DNA of 64,000 nucleotides from Takakia lepidozioides (GCA_030704615.1 CM060733.1:2604001-2668000); one strand, 5' to 3'; counted from the stretch's first letter, positions 13,500 to 32,459 are shown. Numbers and translations are program-made. Notes: a model not told the origin generated them from the letters alone.

Positions 13500-14932
13500 C
13501 TGGGCAAAGGACCGAACACAACCCCTCAACCCCCGGTACCCTGTCTCGCCCGAAATTCATTGGGATGACTGCAAACTGACTCCTCCCAACCAGTCCTTAA
13601 TCTTCACAGAGACAAAATGGTTGTGCAAGCTCAAAAAGATGAATAGCAACGAATTCTTCTTTACTTTCCAAGAAAATTCCGTCCCAGTGTTTGGGTGAGA
13701 AGGTGGGTGGTAGAACATTTGGGGAGGGATGGTGGTTTGTCACAATTTCTGTCTCACTATGGAGAGGGGCTTTTATGGACTAGGCAACCGGCGAGAGGCC
13801 ACGAGTTACCACATGTACCGTGGCCTCGAGCCGGTTACCGGACATAACCAGGTTTTTGAAACATCGAGAGTGACAGTCATCCATGCGTAGCGAGGTTATC
13901 GATACTTTACATCCAAGCGCAGTCAGGCTTGTGAGGGTAAAAGGTTAGCGCCTGTAACCAGCGTCTAGTGAGCCAGTCGTTAGTAGACACGTACTCGAGA
14001 TGCTTCGAAAAACCGGTTATGCTATCATTTTCTGCTCCCCCAGGGATGCAAAAAAAGCTCTGCGATTCATCACTTCCCACAAATCGACAAGCAAAGTTTT
14101 CCTTTTTCCTAGGGCCCAGGGTTGGGGGCATAAAGAAGGCATCACTTGGAAGCGGCATGTAATTGCTATCCTTTTTCTGCCCGCCACTTATCTGTCTTCT
14201 CTACCTGAGTCCATCACCGTCTATGACCCGGTGGAGGATACCTTTCATAGTATGGACAGTGAATCGATGAATTTTGACTACAGCAGAGACAATGGTGTGC
14301 CAAAAATGTCGTCCTTATGCCAGATACTGCTCACACAGGCTCAACCACCCCACATTTGTAACTCATATATTGTGGTTGCTATCAAGGAGGAAAGACTCTC
14401 CATGATCTGTTACGCATGTAACAGGGAAGGGCATATGAAAGCCGAATGTCCTCTTCTCAAGAAGCAGAATCGTGGAAAAGCCCCGGCTGGTGACTTGAAG
14501 CCTCTAAGAGACTCGGCAACTGCTGTTGAACCATCCAATGCCATAGTTCTGTCACCAATAGCTTTGGGATCAATGGAGGAGGAGCCTCATTGGCAATTGA
14601 CAAAGAAAAGACGCAGAGGGGGAGATCTCGTTGGCTGGCCCAACAAACCATCCGCTCTCTTCCCTGTCAACGTCAGGAAGGCATGGGCAACCTTCCCGTT
14701 TTCAAAAGAGGAGGTACAACAACTTGATAGCTCTAGCTGGGCCGTCGCCTGCCTTGAACTTCACTCGTTCAACAACCTCCCTCTGCTGGGATGGGCTCCA
14801 GGATCTGCGTATGCACGAGAAAGAGCTGCTATCTGTGTCACCCCACTCCTGTACGCTCGGCACATCGACGATTACATGAACTTCCTGCTAACAGATGACA
14901 GCAAAGGCTTCCAGTCCACATGGATGGCATAG
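13500..14932 (+). mobile_element. L1-type ORF1 relic (gag-like, CCHC zinc knuckle), no ORF2
   Basis: CYACNREGHMKAECP knuckle. Blocks RILLYFPRK, GYAIIFCSPRDAKKAL...VFLFPRAQGWGH and AAICVTPLLY align by eye with ORF1 of the L1 at 23.2-25.3 kb. There is an in-frame stop in the 5' part. Confidence 0.75.
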
Positions 14933-15040
14933 GGACATTCCAAGGTTGTTCACGCGAGAGAACTCACCTTCAAATTCACTCATGTATAACTTCAAAGCTC
15001 TATCCTGGCCTAGTGTGATGCTGGCCATGTCTTAGATCAA

Positions 15041-16020
15041 CATTTCAACTCCGCTGAAAAACCTAAATCTTTGGTGCCTCTGGTCCATCCATATCTACAG
15101 ATGAAGGAAACCCCTGGATGGATAGTTCACGGAAAACTTCACAGTGATCTTGGTTTCTGGTTTCTGCAATAAACATGTCGCGCTTCCAAGGACGACGATT
15201 CTCAAGGACAACGATATGTGATCATGGAGCTTGAAGGAGGTTGGGCTGGGCCCTTGACTACATATGTCCGTAGAAAGTGATGTGTTTGTGCCTTCCTACT
15301 CTGGGAAGATTGGGCGTGTAGTGGAGGGCCATCGTCGGTACCTGGGACACCGCAAGACCATCTGTCCTAATAGGTATGGAGCTTTGTACTTATGCTTACT
15401 CACACAAATCTGGTTTTCATCGGCAGAGAATTTTGTAAGTTAGATGCTTGAGAAGTCGAGAGAAATGTCGGCCACCACACTGTTAGTCTTCTGTTCATGG
15501 GTTTAAATTATAGCAGACCTTGGTCGTGTAAAACTTTGAAATTCCATGCCTTTTGCTTCTCCTACGTGTTCTTCAGGCAAGTCTTCACATTTCAGAACTT
15601 CAGACTTTCACGACAATTTTCTCTAATAGAAGTAGTCCGTTTAGCATCCTTGGTTTTCCATAGTGAGGTAGGATTTGGCAGTGTGCACTTGTCTCGCACA
15701 TCTGATCCCTATGGGTCTTCATCATTCAAGGAATTTTCTCCAGGTTCTTTCTTATTACAGATTTTCTACATATCCCTACTTCAAATCACTATCTCTCAAA
15801 GTTCTGAATTATCTCGCCGAGTTAGTGCATCTATTTTGGTTTACCCTGTGATGAGACCTGCGCTAAGAAGCGAGTTGTGCGCGGATATGCAATGCTCCCA
15901 GTTCCTGCTGAACGGCTTGGTTGCATTAGCACACGTTGTTTGGCTGAATTCGATTTCTGTGCAAACTGGCCTTGGGACCCAGCTAAGTAAGAGCCATGAT
16001 TCTGAATTCCTGGAGAATGT
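15041..16020 (-). pseudogene. Degenerate gene-like fragment, partly duplicated at 3714-4280, with a ~300-bp insertion (~15200-15510)
   Basis: Direct sequence similarity to 3714-4280. The minus-strand reading is broken by stops and frameshifts; the product was not identified. Confidence 0.4.
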
Positions 16021-16251
16021 GTAAACATGACATCACGATACTTAGGAGAAGAGCAGATCCCAATTTGATGGGAATAGTGGAGAACATGTCCTCGGGTGTT
16101 CCCGGTGCATTCTCGTGTATTTTGTGACACGTTTTCATCTGTGGCATTTCTAGGGGTTGGGTGAAACATCGAATGACAGTGGGAGAAGAGGAAGTGGGCG
16201 TATGCGGCAGATTGGAGGAGGGGCTCACGGACAGGGTTCTGAGAGGCAACG

Positions 16252-17732
16252 ATGGTGAACGCCATCAAGGGAATTCTCATCACCTGGTTAGACTTGATAT
16301 CCCTCATCTTCACTCGCAGGCCCTCTGTTTATAGCTGTTTTGTAGTAGGTACGCTTTGAGCAAGTTTGCATGATGTCCGAATCAATGGATCCTCCACACT
16401 TTCGCAGAGCTCTTTGTCTCCCAGTACTGCCAAGGAAGCCCTAATGATTTTCGTCGTTTTCCACATTGAATGCTCTCTGAGTGTTCGAGTTTCCCCCTCT
16501 GCATGATCCTTTCAAAAGATTTTTCCGGGGTTGCTTTGCCATCCTATCTGCATGAGCAGCGTCTGTCGAATGTCCTGCTTATAGGGCACTGTTGTAGGCA
16601 TTTGTTGGCTCTCTAAGCACAGCAATGTACCCACTGTGACTTGGCTGGGGTTAAATTTCGGGGTTAATTTGTCTCTACAATTTTCATGGATGGAGAAAAA
16701 TAGCCTGAGACCAATCCTCCAATCAGTATTTGTCCTCGTTTACCAACATCCCCCTTATAAAAGACGAATGGGCTGAAGACAGGTTTACGTAATGTGTTAC
16801 CAGACCTTTCTTAGTGTGAGGTCGTGTTCGTCATCAATTCACGTCCACTAAAGCACATGTGTTATAGTTCATAGCCATGTCAAGTGCTCGTGTTTGTCAT
16901 CAAATTTAAAAAAAGTAGCAGTTGAGGTGCTGAAAGACGAAGTTTATGGTTTCTGTTCTTGGCATTATGCTGATTAGTTTTGCGCTTTCAGAACATTGGG
17001 TTTTTCTCTGAAAGAGGGACAGTGAGCAATCCTTTAGTATGGTGAATAGCTGTACCTCTTGGATAGTGTCCCACTATTTAGGTCAGAGGTTGTGCAAGTA
17101 CCTGTCAAATTGTGAATATTGGAGATGCCTTTACATGTTTGACAGTCTCTCTCAACAGCCTGTATTGATTGGTGCCACATGTATGCATCTTGGTAGAGAA
17201 TATACCCATGCTGTTCCCTTCACATGTTGGGTAGCCTTTCATTTCGGTAGAGAGGAAGTAATTGTGCTCACACATCAACAAAAACCATGAGTCCTCATGA
17301 GCCACTTAGATTTAGTTGCTCAATTACCTCATAGCTGTGGCAACAAAGTTTAACCCACTTGAGGAATACAGTTCCTTTGTGAGATGGACTAAGTCCTTGT
17401 TTGTTGTTTTTGGCTCCTTCTTGCTAACTAGTTGTGTTTGCAAGGAGTGCTCTATAGTCTTCACTGTATGGCTTGGCATGTTGCTGGCATTTTTATAAGT
17501 TTGATCTTAGTACTCCTACTAATCGAAGTGGGGAATTGATGGTGTGCGGTGCAGTGACATTCCAATGGCACAGTTTATAATGCATATGAATGAGGAAATT
17601 GCCAATGCACAGAAGTTCATAGTGTACATGCTGGATGATACCCACATTTACGTGCAACCCCATGTGGCTGCTATGATCCAGAAGAGGCTGCAAGATTTTC
17701 GAGACCAAAACACATATGAGAAGCCCTTGTAG
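16252..17732 (+). CDS. TFB5: General transcription and DNA repair factor IIH subunit 5 (TFB5/GTF2H5/TTDA)
   Basis: Exons 16252-16286 and 17555-17732 give MVNAIKGILITCDIPMAQFIMHMNEEIANAQKFIVYMLDDTHIYVQPHVAAMIQKRLQDFRDQNTYEKPL. Confidence 0.95.
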
Positions 17733-19029
17733 CATTTTTGCAGTGACTGTTTTCTCAGTCTGTCTGTGCCATATAACCTAATACTTGTTGGGTTAACCCC
17801 ACAACCTGCTCCAGGAGGGGTTACTTTCCAGAGGGGACTTGTCTCATTCATTACTGCTTAAAGGATGTGAATGTTTGTATGTCTGGTATTGAAAACTATT
17901 GTGCAGTGGAGTTCACGTTCTGGAGTGAACAAGATAAGCTTGTCCATCCCTTGTATCTGGAGACGGCAGTCCTAAGCAATAGAACCAACAGGAGAGCCAT
18001 GTAACCGCAGTTGAATTGTTGTTCATTTTCCATTATCCTTTGTTGAAGATATCTGCTGGTGAGAAGTCAGAAAAATTGTTGTCAACTTCAAGGAAATTAA
18101 AATATGGCAGTGGACGTTTGCCCTCTCATATTAGGGCCCCCAAGCATGTGACACCCTACATAGGCTTGGGGACAGAACCTTTCGGGATGCTCTATTATTG
18201 AACCACTTATATTTCTTCCTTTTATCCAGTCTTATTCAAATGTGAGGAGAGAGATGCAAGAGATTTGGAATCAGGTGCATGCACCGACTTCAGGGCAGTA
18301 GTAGCAATACATCTTATTCCAGGCAGTCTGCATGAAAGGAGGCCAATGACATAGTTTTGTGTGAGTTTGATGTGAGTAATGGTGTATGCATGAGACCTCT
18401 CCACAAGACTCCTGAAGTGACAACATTGTTTGCATGACGAGAAGCTTACAATCGATTGGGAGTGCAAGGGGTTGAGGCTATATTTGATAGGACACTGCTG
18501 TTGGATGCAAAAATAAATAGGGGATGGGAATTTGGCCGACCTTGTAGAGGGGGTAAGATGACTGTGAACTGGGCTGGCTCAGCCTCAGTGAACAGTCACA
18601 AAACCCTGAACCCCAACCCCTTGTAAGGACGATGGAAATCTCACTTGCATGAAAGATGGGGATAGAACCTGGAATGTTTTTAAAATTTCTAGTCACACAT
18701 TCTGGGAACTCACTGGGAACTACCACCATATTCGAAAGAAGCCACTTCTAGTTACTTTAGGAATAATCCAACCCTATCTTGTCATGTGCAAGGTTGAGCT
18801 GAGAAACAAGCAAAAGATTGTCTTATTTTCCCAAGAGCTTCCACTGTACTTCTTGGTCCAAAACCTGGTCTTTATGTTTTGAAAAACAGGGAACAGAATC
18901 ACATTACAACCAAGGAATATATAATGTGAGTCATTACCAAGTTTGTTATTCATGCTTGCAAAGATGCGGAAGACCCACATAGCTTGCTATTCCACCAACA
19001 TTTGAGACCCAAGTTCAATTTTCATTTTT

Positions 19030-22000
19030 TTTTTTAAATCTTACAACAAGTTCATAAACAGAATGGTCCTTGGTGTGAATTCGATACAATACCATCTTAG
19101 CACTTGGTACCTTAGCCTCATAAACACAGGAACACCTACATTTCCAGATATTCCACAAGGTGTGGGCTCGCAGTGCTATCCAGAGTGGGCATGTACTCCA
19201 GTAAGCACCATTGTGCATGTTCAAGAGCAAAACGGAAATCTGGGAAGAGAAGTCCAATGACCAGTCAGCATAAAATCTCTTAACAGCAGCCCAAACGAAT
19301 GAGGCCAACGGGCATTGGACCAAGCAATGCTCAATTAGTTACAGATGGAGCAGGGGAGCTGAGGATCCGAAATGTAAGCAAATACTGGCAAAATACGATT
19401 GACTATCTTCCATAGAAATCCACATATTTTTGCTGCCCTTTGTTTCCTCCAAACATCCTTCCAAACCAATTGCCAATTCACTGGGGGCAATGGAAGATGC
19501 TCCCATTTACAATTCCTTTTGTGAGAGAAGAGAGCCGGGGGTCTCAGCAAATTGTAACCAAGCTTGACCGAATAGCTAAAGAAGGGTTTGTGAGGGCTTG
19601 ACATCCAGTTCCACTCTGCAGGGTCAAACTGAAGTTGTGTGACCGGTGCATTGAGGAACCAGCAGAAAGATCCACTGTAATGTTTGATATTGACTGGCGG
19701 CAAAGGGTTGCATGCTCCCGAGATCCTGCAGAACACTCTTATCGCAAAGAGACCTTCTTCTTGAAGATATTTGAACGATGGTTGGTACAAGCCCCCAACC
19801 CTATTAGCCAAAAACTGGCAGCCAGCCAGAGTGTTGCCATGGCGAGATACGACGTAGAGGGCCACCTGCGCAGACCCGGGGGCACCTTTCTCAAGCCAAG
19901 CTGGAAGCAGCCTTGGTGCCGCCTGAACCGAGGGAAATGAAGTCCAAAGCTGGGGTATCTCTGTTACCAGTGAATCCCAAGCTCCCGCCCTTCTGGAAGT
20001 GAGATGGGAGGTGACCAAATCTTTGGGGAGGAAGCTGGGAGGATCCCAGATATGGTAAAAATGAGAAATTCCAGCCTTCTCCCAATGAGCCCACTTCTTA
20101 GCACCCGATAATAGCACCTCTGAATCGGAGTTGTAGTTCGCGAATAGAGGCTGTCACAAGGCCTCTTCCAATGTGGATGGCATGGTTTGATAGAGTGAGT
20201 TTCTCAATTGAATCCATGCAGCCCATATAGATTGCCATGCTTTGGAGCCCAAGGGATGTGTTCTGAATGAACTTTTACCTTGCACGATCCAACGAAGGGT
20301 TTTAGGCCAGTCTCCCGATGTGGGAGCTGCATCCATAACTTGATGATGGACCAGCAGGCTCCACAAAGCTGAAAGATTTGTGAAAATCCTGGGAACCCAT
20401 TTTGCGAGAAGGGAGGTAATCTGAGCAAGAGGGTCTATGATACCTAGTCCTCCCGACTTTTTCTTCTGGGTGATTTGAGCCCAGCTAACCAGAGCTCTGC
20501 GATTTGGAGAGAAGGCAGTTCCACCCTAGAGGAAGTTTCTAACCAAGACTTTAATTTGGTTTATAATTTCGGAGCCAGGAGACCAGACTGCAGCGGAGAA
20601 CCACGAGGATGCGAGAATCACTTGGTTAGCCACGAGAGCTCGCCCTGTAATTGAGAGCCCAAGAGAACTCCAATAGGCAAAATGCTTCCTGATGATCTTC
20701 ATGACTGCTTCACAACGTTGAGAGTCTGTCAGATCGTGACCTATGAGGTGCCCGAGCAGCTTGTGGGCTTGCCCGTTCTGAAGCCAACGCAAGCCAAGAT
20801 CATGGCCCCAAGCATCTGCATGGTTGTTTATCGAGTCTGGACGTTGTTTAGAGAGGATCCCTACTGACTTAGGCCAATTGACCTTGAGACCCGACGCCAT
20901 ACAAAAATGATGAAGAGCCTGCAACGCGGCCGTTATATTCGATGTCATAGCGTTGTTCAACAACATGACTGTATCATCAGCGTATAGCGACATTTTGATC
21001 GATGCAGGAGCAGGCAGGGAACGGGGGATCTGCAAGCCTTGTATGTGCGAACTTGAGTCAAGGAGATGTCCAAGACAATCTGCCGCAAACAAGAAAAGAA
21101 AGGGGGCCAACGGGCAATCTTGCTGAACAGAACGATGTAATTGAAAGGCAGAGGAGAGGACACCATCACCAGGACTTTACTGGAAGCGGATGAGAGCAGG
21201 ATCTTGACCCATTGAAGACAGCTCCCTGATAATCCTAGCTTTTGCATAGCACCCAAGAGGAAGTCCCAATCCACATTGTCGAACGCCTTCTCGAAGTCCA
21301 ACATAAGCAGGGCCAGAGGTTGATCCGATTCATAAGCAAGATCAAGGCTTCAAGGGCCAAGAGGATATTATCTAGGATCATCATGTTGCTCATGAAACCA
21401 GTCTAATCAGGTCGCACTAGCTTATGAAGGAAGGGCTGCAATCTCAACGCAAGAGCCTTAGCAATAATTTTATAGGTTGAATTGAGCAAGGTGATGGGTC
21501 TATAATTGGAAATAATATCTCTGTCGCCCTTCTTGAAAATCAAGGTAATGACTCCTTGAGAAAGTTGGGATGGCATAATGCCCTTTTGAATGATGTTGTT
21601 TTCCATGAGAAGAAAATCATCTCCCAAATTGCCCCAAAGGGCTTTGAAAAACTCCACAAGAAGTCCATCGAGGCTCGGCGATTTTAGAGAGGGCAGGGCT
21701 TCCATGGCATCACGCAATTCATCTACCGAGAATGGAGCTGAGAGAGATAAGGACCCTTCTTGGGATAAAATTCTGGGAACACAGTCCAGGACTCTATGTC
21801 TCGAGTCAACAATGTCCATAGAAATTATGGGGCGAGCAAAAAGATTGGAGAAATAGGATGCTGCCACAGAAGCCATTACCTTGGGGCTAGAGTGGGATGT
21901 GTTCATACGATCTCTAAGAGAGCATATGGAACAACCGACTGACGCTGTTTAGCCTTCTGAAAAAAATACGCCGACATTTTTTCACCCTTCAATGACCAAG

Positions 22001-23096
22001 ACACCCCCGCTTTCCTTTTCATGTTGAGCTCTTTTAAGGCGTGGAGCTCAGCTAATTCTCGCCTGGCCTGGAATAGCGACTGGAAAGTGACAGGACCCAC
22101 TAGGTTAGACTCAACCAGTGGGCAATTGTTTTCAGAAGGACCTTCTCCTTTCTAGCCCTATCTTCCGCCATCTGTCTAGACAAATATTGAGCTCTGGATC
22201 TGGTAGCAGCGAGCTTAGAAAGAAATCCGATTGAAGGAGAGGCAAAAGAATTACCCGCCTCTTGCCAAACCTTTCCCAGATCCTGCACCATAGGAATGGA
22301 TTTAAGAAGAGAAGGGTTTAGTTTGAAGAAACCTCTACCCCTGCGGTGGAGACCAGGCACTCTTATCTAAACGAAGACTAGCGCATGATCGAAATCAGGT
22401 AAGATAGGGGGAAGAGGGATTGGAGAGATCCAAGAGGAGGCTGTGGGAGAAGAATAAAACCTGTCTAGCCTGGCCATGCATAAATCTGGAGGGCTTCTAT
22501 TGTTTGACCAAGTGAATCTAAGAGAAGAACGCACAAAACGGAAGGAATCGGAGAGGCCAACTGAAAAGCAAAGACGATCCCAGACTGCTTATTCTTCAGT
22601 AGATAAGGTCTGAGATGATGGCCCCAGCCTGTTAGAAAGACATTCTACCATGTTAAAATCACCTCCTAGGATCCAGTTATCTACCTCCGGATGCTTTAGA
22701 ATTGATTCATGAATTGAAGCCCAGAAATCTATGTGGTCAGTAGTGGAGTTAGGAGCATATATCTTTATGAAAGCTGAAGCCCCAAAAACAGAGGAGCTAA
22801 TAGTGAATGCACATTGAGCTCTACCTGGCATCCAAATGTCAACTTTTGAAATGCAATTACCCAACGAAGGCAAGACAAGAATTGCAGTACCGCCTCTAGA
22901 GTCTACTATAGTCGGGTTCCACCATGCCAGGGTGTAAGGAAACAATTTTCCTAGCGGAAAGCTTATGCTCTTGCAAGAACAAAATGCTATTGAGAGGTAA
23001 AAGAGAGGAGGCCCAATTCCAGATTCTACTTTGTTTGGGTACAGACCCCTCGGAGCCGATTCCTCTTATGTTCCAAGAGTATAGATTCCAACTCAT
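19030..23096 (-). pseudogene. L1 ORF2 (APE endonuclease - reverse transcriptase), fragmented
   Basis: Pieces lie in several frames (22896-23096, 22589-22945, 22100-22360, 21403-21906, 20957-21304, 20526-21110, 19335-20117, 19015-19323). Confidence 0.9.
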
Positions 23097-23163
23097 GTAG
23101 GCTGAACTGTGAAGCCCGTGACTGATTCACGATTTGATGGCTAAAGGGGAGTAACCTCGAACG

Positions 23164-25272
23164 TCAGTCGGGGGTCGGTAGGAAGAAGAGAAGGCACCCA
23201 TTTGTAACCCGATGGAGTGAGAATTTCGAGGATCCCACAAACCAGATAGTAACATTGTTAGGGCACAAGGAATCCGAGATGGAGCAAGGCCGGACAATTC
23301 TCTTAAGGACTGAGCTAGTTAACAGAGATTGCATGGAGACCTTCAGAAATTTTGATATAAAAAACAATCCTTCATGTGAGGTCGCTCGATTCGAGCATCT
23401 CAAGGCTGGCAGGGAAACTGACCAAGTATCCGCATCAGCAACCAGAACGCAAGCAGAGGAGGGGGTGTCTTTACAATAAATGAAAAGGGGGATGAGCAAG
23501 AGGGGTGGGTATGAACTCACCGCAGGGGGGGAAGGGATGGCCAGATCCAGGGGCGCCAGACATAATGAAGAATTGTCCGAATCGGGGACTGGGACTATGG
23601 CCAAATCATTGGAGCCAGCATTCTTATCCAAGTTGCGCAAATATTTCTGTGAGGAGCGAAAGGCCTCTACCAAGAGCTTTCCAGCTTCGTAAGTTGCAGA
23701 TAAGTAGGGGCGGCTGGCCGCGCTTCCCAATTCGACTGGGACCGAACTTCCAGAAATCCACCTTAGCGTTGAGTTGGCAGCCTGTAGGGAAGAAACGTCA
23801 GATAGCTTGATGACTGGCAAAACTTGAACGAAGAATAAATTGCTGTAAGAGGCAGATTGGTGCACTCTGGAGCCAAAAAACACAGCAGTTTCCGAAGACA
23901 ACTGAAAAGCGGGAAGAGAAGACGAGAAAATCTCCCTTATTTTGGCAAGAATGAGCTCTAGCTCTTTTCCTTGAGAAAGGGTGAAAACGTCCTTCTTGGT
24001 GATCCAGGCATAGGCGAACTTGTTGCCTCCCGAGAAGAGCACCGAGGGGATCCCGTCCGGGAAGCCGTAGATAATGGGGGCTATAGTGATTGCCACCGAA
24101 TGAGCCCCCGCCAGCTGAGAAGCATCAGGCAGATGCACATCTGCAAAGGACTTCAAATGAAGGCAGTACATTGCCAAGCTTTGGGTCCTTGGGGTTGAGC
24201 GGAAAGACAACCTGAATATCTTCAGCTGTATAAGGAGTTCCCTGGGACGGTGAAGAGAGCAGGTAAACTCGAGGGCTGATTGCAGCCGGAGAAGCCATGA
24301 TATCAGGCCGCGATCTTTTGGACGGAGGAGGCAGAGGTGGCGTGACATCCAATCTTTTCCTAGAAGGCCCTGCCATAGCATCCCGGGAAGCCAACTGTGC
24401 ATCATCTGAAGGCTTGGGAGCCATCGTTCTGCCTTGAAGCTTGGGGCAATCCGCCTTAATGTGCCCCTCTGCATTGCAATGAAAGCAAATCACCGGAATA
24501 TAGACCTCTTTGACTGCCACTGTGATAAAGGAGTTGTCCAAAGTTGGTAACTTGAGTGTGGGGATGATGGAGGCCTCCACTGGCACCATGACCACAATTT
24601 GGGGAGCTCCTCCGTCTCTATGGGCATCAAAGGATAACACTTCATCGTCAATACTTTGAGCGTCTAGATGAATCTGATCAAGAACATTCATTGAGCCAAT
24701 ATACACCCCAAAATGAGCACCTATCTCTGGCAGAGATCTGAGGTAGTTTCCAGGGAGGTAAAGGAGAGCCAAGACTCTAGGTCTGCATGTGATATCACCT
24801 CTATGTCCCCAGTCGGCTGACCATGGGAAGATGTGCACACGACACTTGGAGAGGCAAACGTTGAAGGCAAGTGCCCTGACAGCGAACTCGGGAGAGCTGA
24901 ACATGAGCGAGTAGAAGTTTCTCCCCAACGCCATACAGAAATGATTAGTTAGGCCAATTCCTGGCGAACAATCTGTTGCGGACTTTGCCGGGGAAGTATA
25001 AGAGAACACCTTGCTCAGCAAGCAGCTGGGAATGTTCCTTGATAATCTCCATGTTGAGTTGGAGAATGGGTTGAGCCTCTTCCACTGGGGCCACTTCTTC
25101 GCTCCAACAAAAGGATATACTGATCGGGGAGGCTGGTTGCTTGGGGCCAGCTCCCAGCACTCTAGGACCAGTGGAAGAGAGCCTTCTGCCATTAGCATTG
25201 TTTCTAGCTCTAGAATGTCTACGAGCTTCCCCCTATGATTGTTGGCACTGAATGCAGCAGGGACGTACGCCA
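23164..25272 (-). pseudogene. L1 ORF1 with zinc knuckle and long C-terminal extension, frameshifted
   Basis: ORF pieces 24125-25564, 24945-25160 and 23164-24474 overlap and join by frameshifts; there is a 67-nt spacer before the ORF2 ATG. Confidence 0.8.
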
Positions 25273-26574
25273 TGGCAACGAGAGCGAAAGCTGGGGAGAT
25301 TAACAAGGGATGCCTCGTTAGACCTTGAGGAACCGACCAGGGGTCGCGCTTTGAAAATAAGAAGACCAAAGAGAAGGGGACTTGAGCAGACGACGTAGAG
25401 ATACTGGAGCGCAACATATAGGAGAAGAAGAAGATGGGCGGGAAGCCACTCCTAGGGCTTGGTGAGGAGCTGTGCGGGAGCCTGATTGGAATTAAGGCGG
25501 AGCGTGGGGAATGAAGAGCGCCGGGAAAATGGTGGGGCGTTTCCAGAGAAGTAACATCGCTCATTGAGCTGTCAAGACACCAAGTCCGAGGAGCCGACCA
25601 GGGCTGTTAAGAATTCATGTTGATGTAAGAAAGGGAGGGAAGGAGATTCGTCGAGCATAGAGAAGAGATAGCTCCTTGTGAACAAACGAAAGAGGGGACG
25701 ACTGAGGAGGAAGAACGAGAGAAGGGAGCTGTGAGGAGAGCTTGAAACGGCCAAGTCCAAGCCACATAGACCGCAAGTTGCGGAGCTCCATTTCCGTTTA
25801 CCTTGGCCCCCCCTTTTACTTCAAAAAAAGCAGTAGGCTCTGTAAATTCACTGGATGCTAAAGAAACTTCAAGAAAAGTAAAAGTAAAAAGTAAAGTTTG
25901 TGTAACCGTCCAGTGAAAGAAAGAAAAAGAATCAGAACTGCTGAAAACTCTGGCCTATCATTATTATCACAACCTTGTAGAGAAATGAAAAAACAATTGC
26001 TTTTTGGTTTAACAACAGGCCTGAGGGGACAGAGGCCAATGGGTTTGTGTTACACTGGGTTAAGATTACAAGGAGAGGAAGGGCCGGCAAAGGAGAGCCA
26101 CCCAGTAAGTAGCCTACAGAGGTGAGGTCGCTCGCAAAGCTGCGGCCTGCGTGCACCCGCCCCTGCCCACCACACCTGCCCGCCTTATCCATCCCTCTTT
26201 TGTCCACAGCTTTCGTCATCAGTCTTTGCATCCGAGGAAATGGAGTTGCAGATCCAATTCCATTTTCAGTTACCAGCTGCCGTGTCAGCAGATAGTTGGA
26301 TTCTCGGGAGTGGGTGGCCACGCTCGGTTGGTCACCCGATTTATAGCCTGCCAGATTGGAAGCTCAGCTGGCGGGGCGAGGATTATCTCGCAAACTACAC
26401 AATGCGAGTTGGGTTTACGATTGAGCTTTGTGGGGATGTAAAAAAGTCAAGCGAGCAAATTGCTACGGTGTAAGCTTGGCACAAAAAGTGCTGGCACACC
26501 CATCTCCATTCTCTTCTCCTTTGGGTGGCTGTCTTTGTTTTTCGAGCGTTTCTGTCTGTGAGCAGTTTGTAGCC

Positions 26575-31946
<5,372 letters not shown>

Positions 31947-32459
31947 AAACCCCTGCTTGCCATGATCACATTGTTAGTTACAGGGAGAGGCAATATTGTC
32001 AAGATAGCCATGCCACCAATGCAGTTGTAAATTATACAGATTTAGGCCAATATTCGTTTTGGTGATTCTTTTGTTGGATAGGGAGTATTCCAGTGGTCAA
32101 CTCTGCCCAAAAGAAAATTTGTTGACAAGTCAATTCGTGTGGAGTTCATTGTGGACCCTGCAACCAATCGAAACATAATCAGACTGGCCATGTCCTGACG
32201 TCCTGACCAACATTAAATTGAAGGAGCAGGGTGCAGTAGTAGTACAAGTAGATGACTATCTCCTACAAAGCAGCAACCCCACTTCCTAATTTGCCCAGTG
32301 ACTTCAAAACCGCTCTGCAACTTAAGTTTTTGAGCACACTTCGCAGTAAATCATCCACTAGGTTATGACAGGTGACGTTGCCTACACGACGAGTTCGATC
32401 TCCAGTAACCTCTGGAGGCTACTTTGAGAAGCATTGACAGTAGCTTTGCCCCCTTATTT

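Larger units (their letters stand above)
19020..25790 (-). mobile_element. Near full-length L1-clade LINE retrotransposon, inactivated by frameshifts and stops
   Basis: ORF1 (~25272-23164) has the CFHCNAEGHIKADC knuckle. ORF2 starts at 23096 with endonuclease (SWNIRG, LQEHK, ILGGDFN), RT (NYRPITLLN, LDFEKAFD, LYADD) and zf-RVT-like CSIC. A-run at ~19025-19035 on the minus strand. The 5' boundary is approximate and no TSD was found. Confidence 0.93.
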
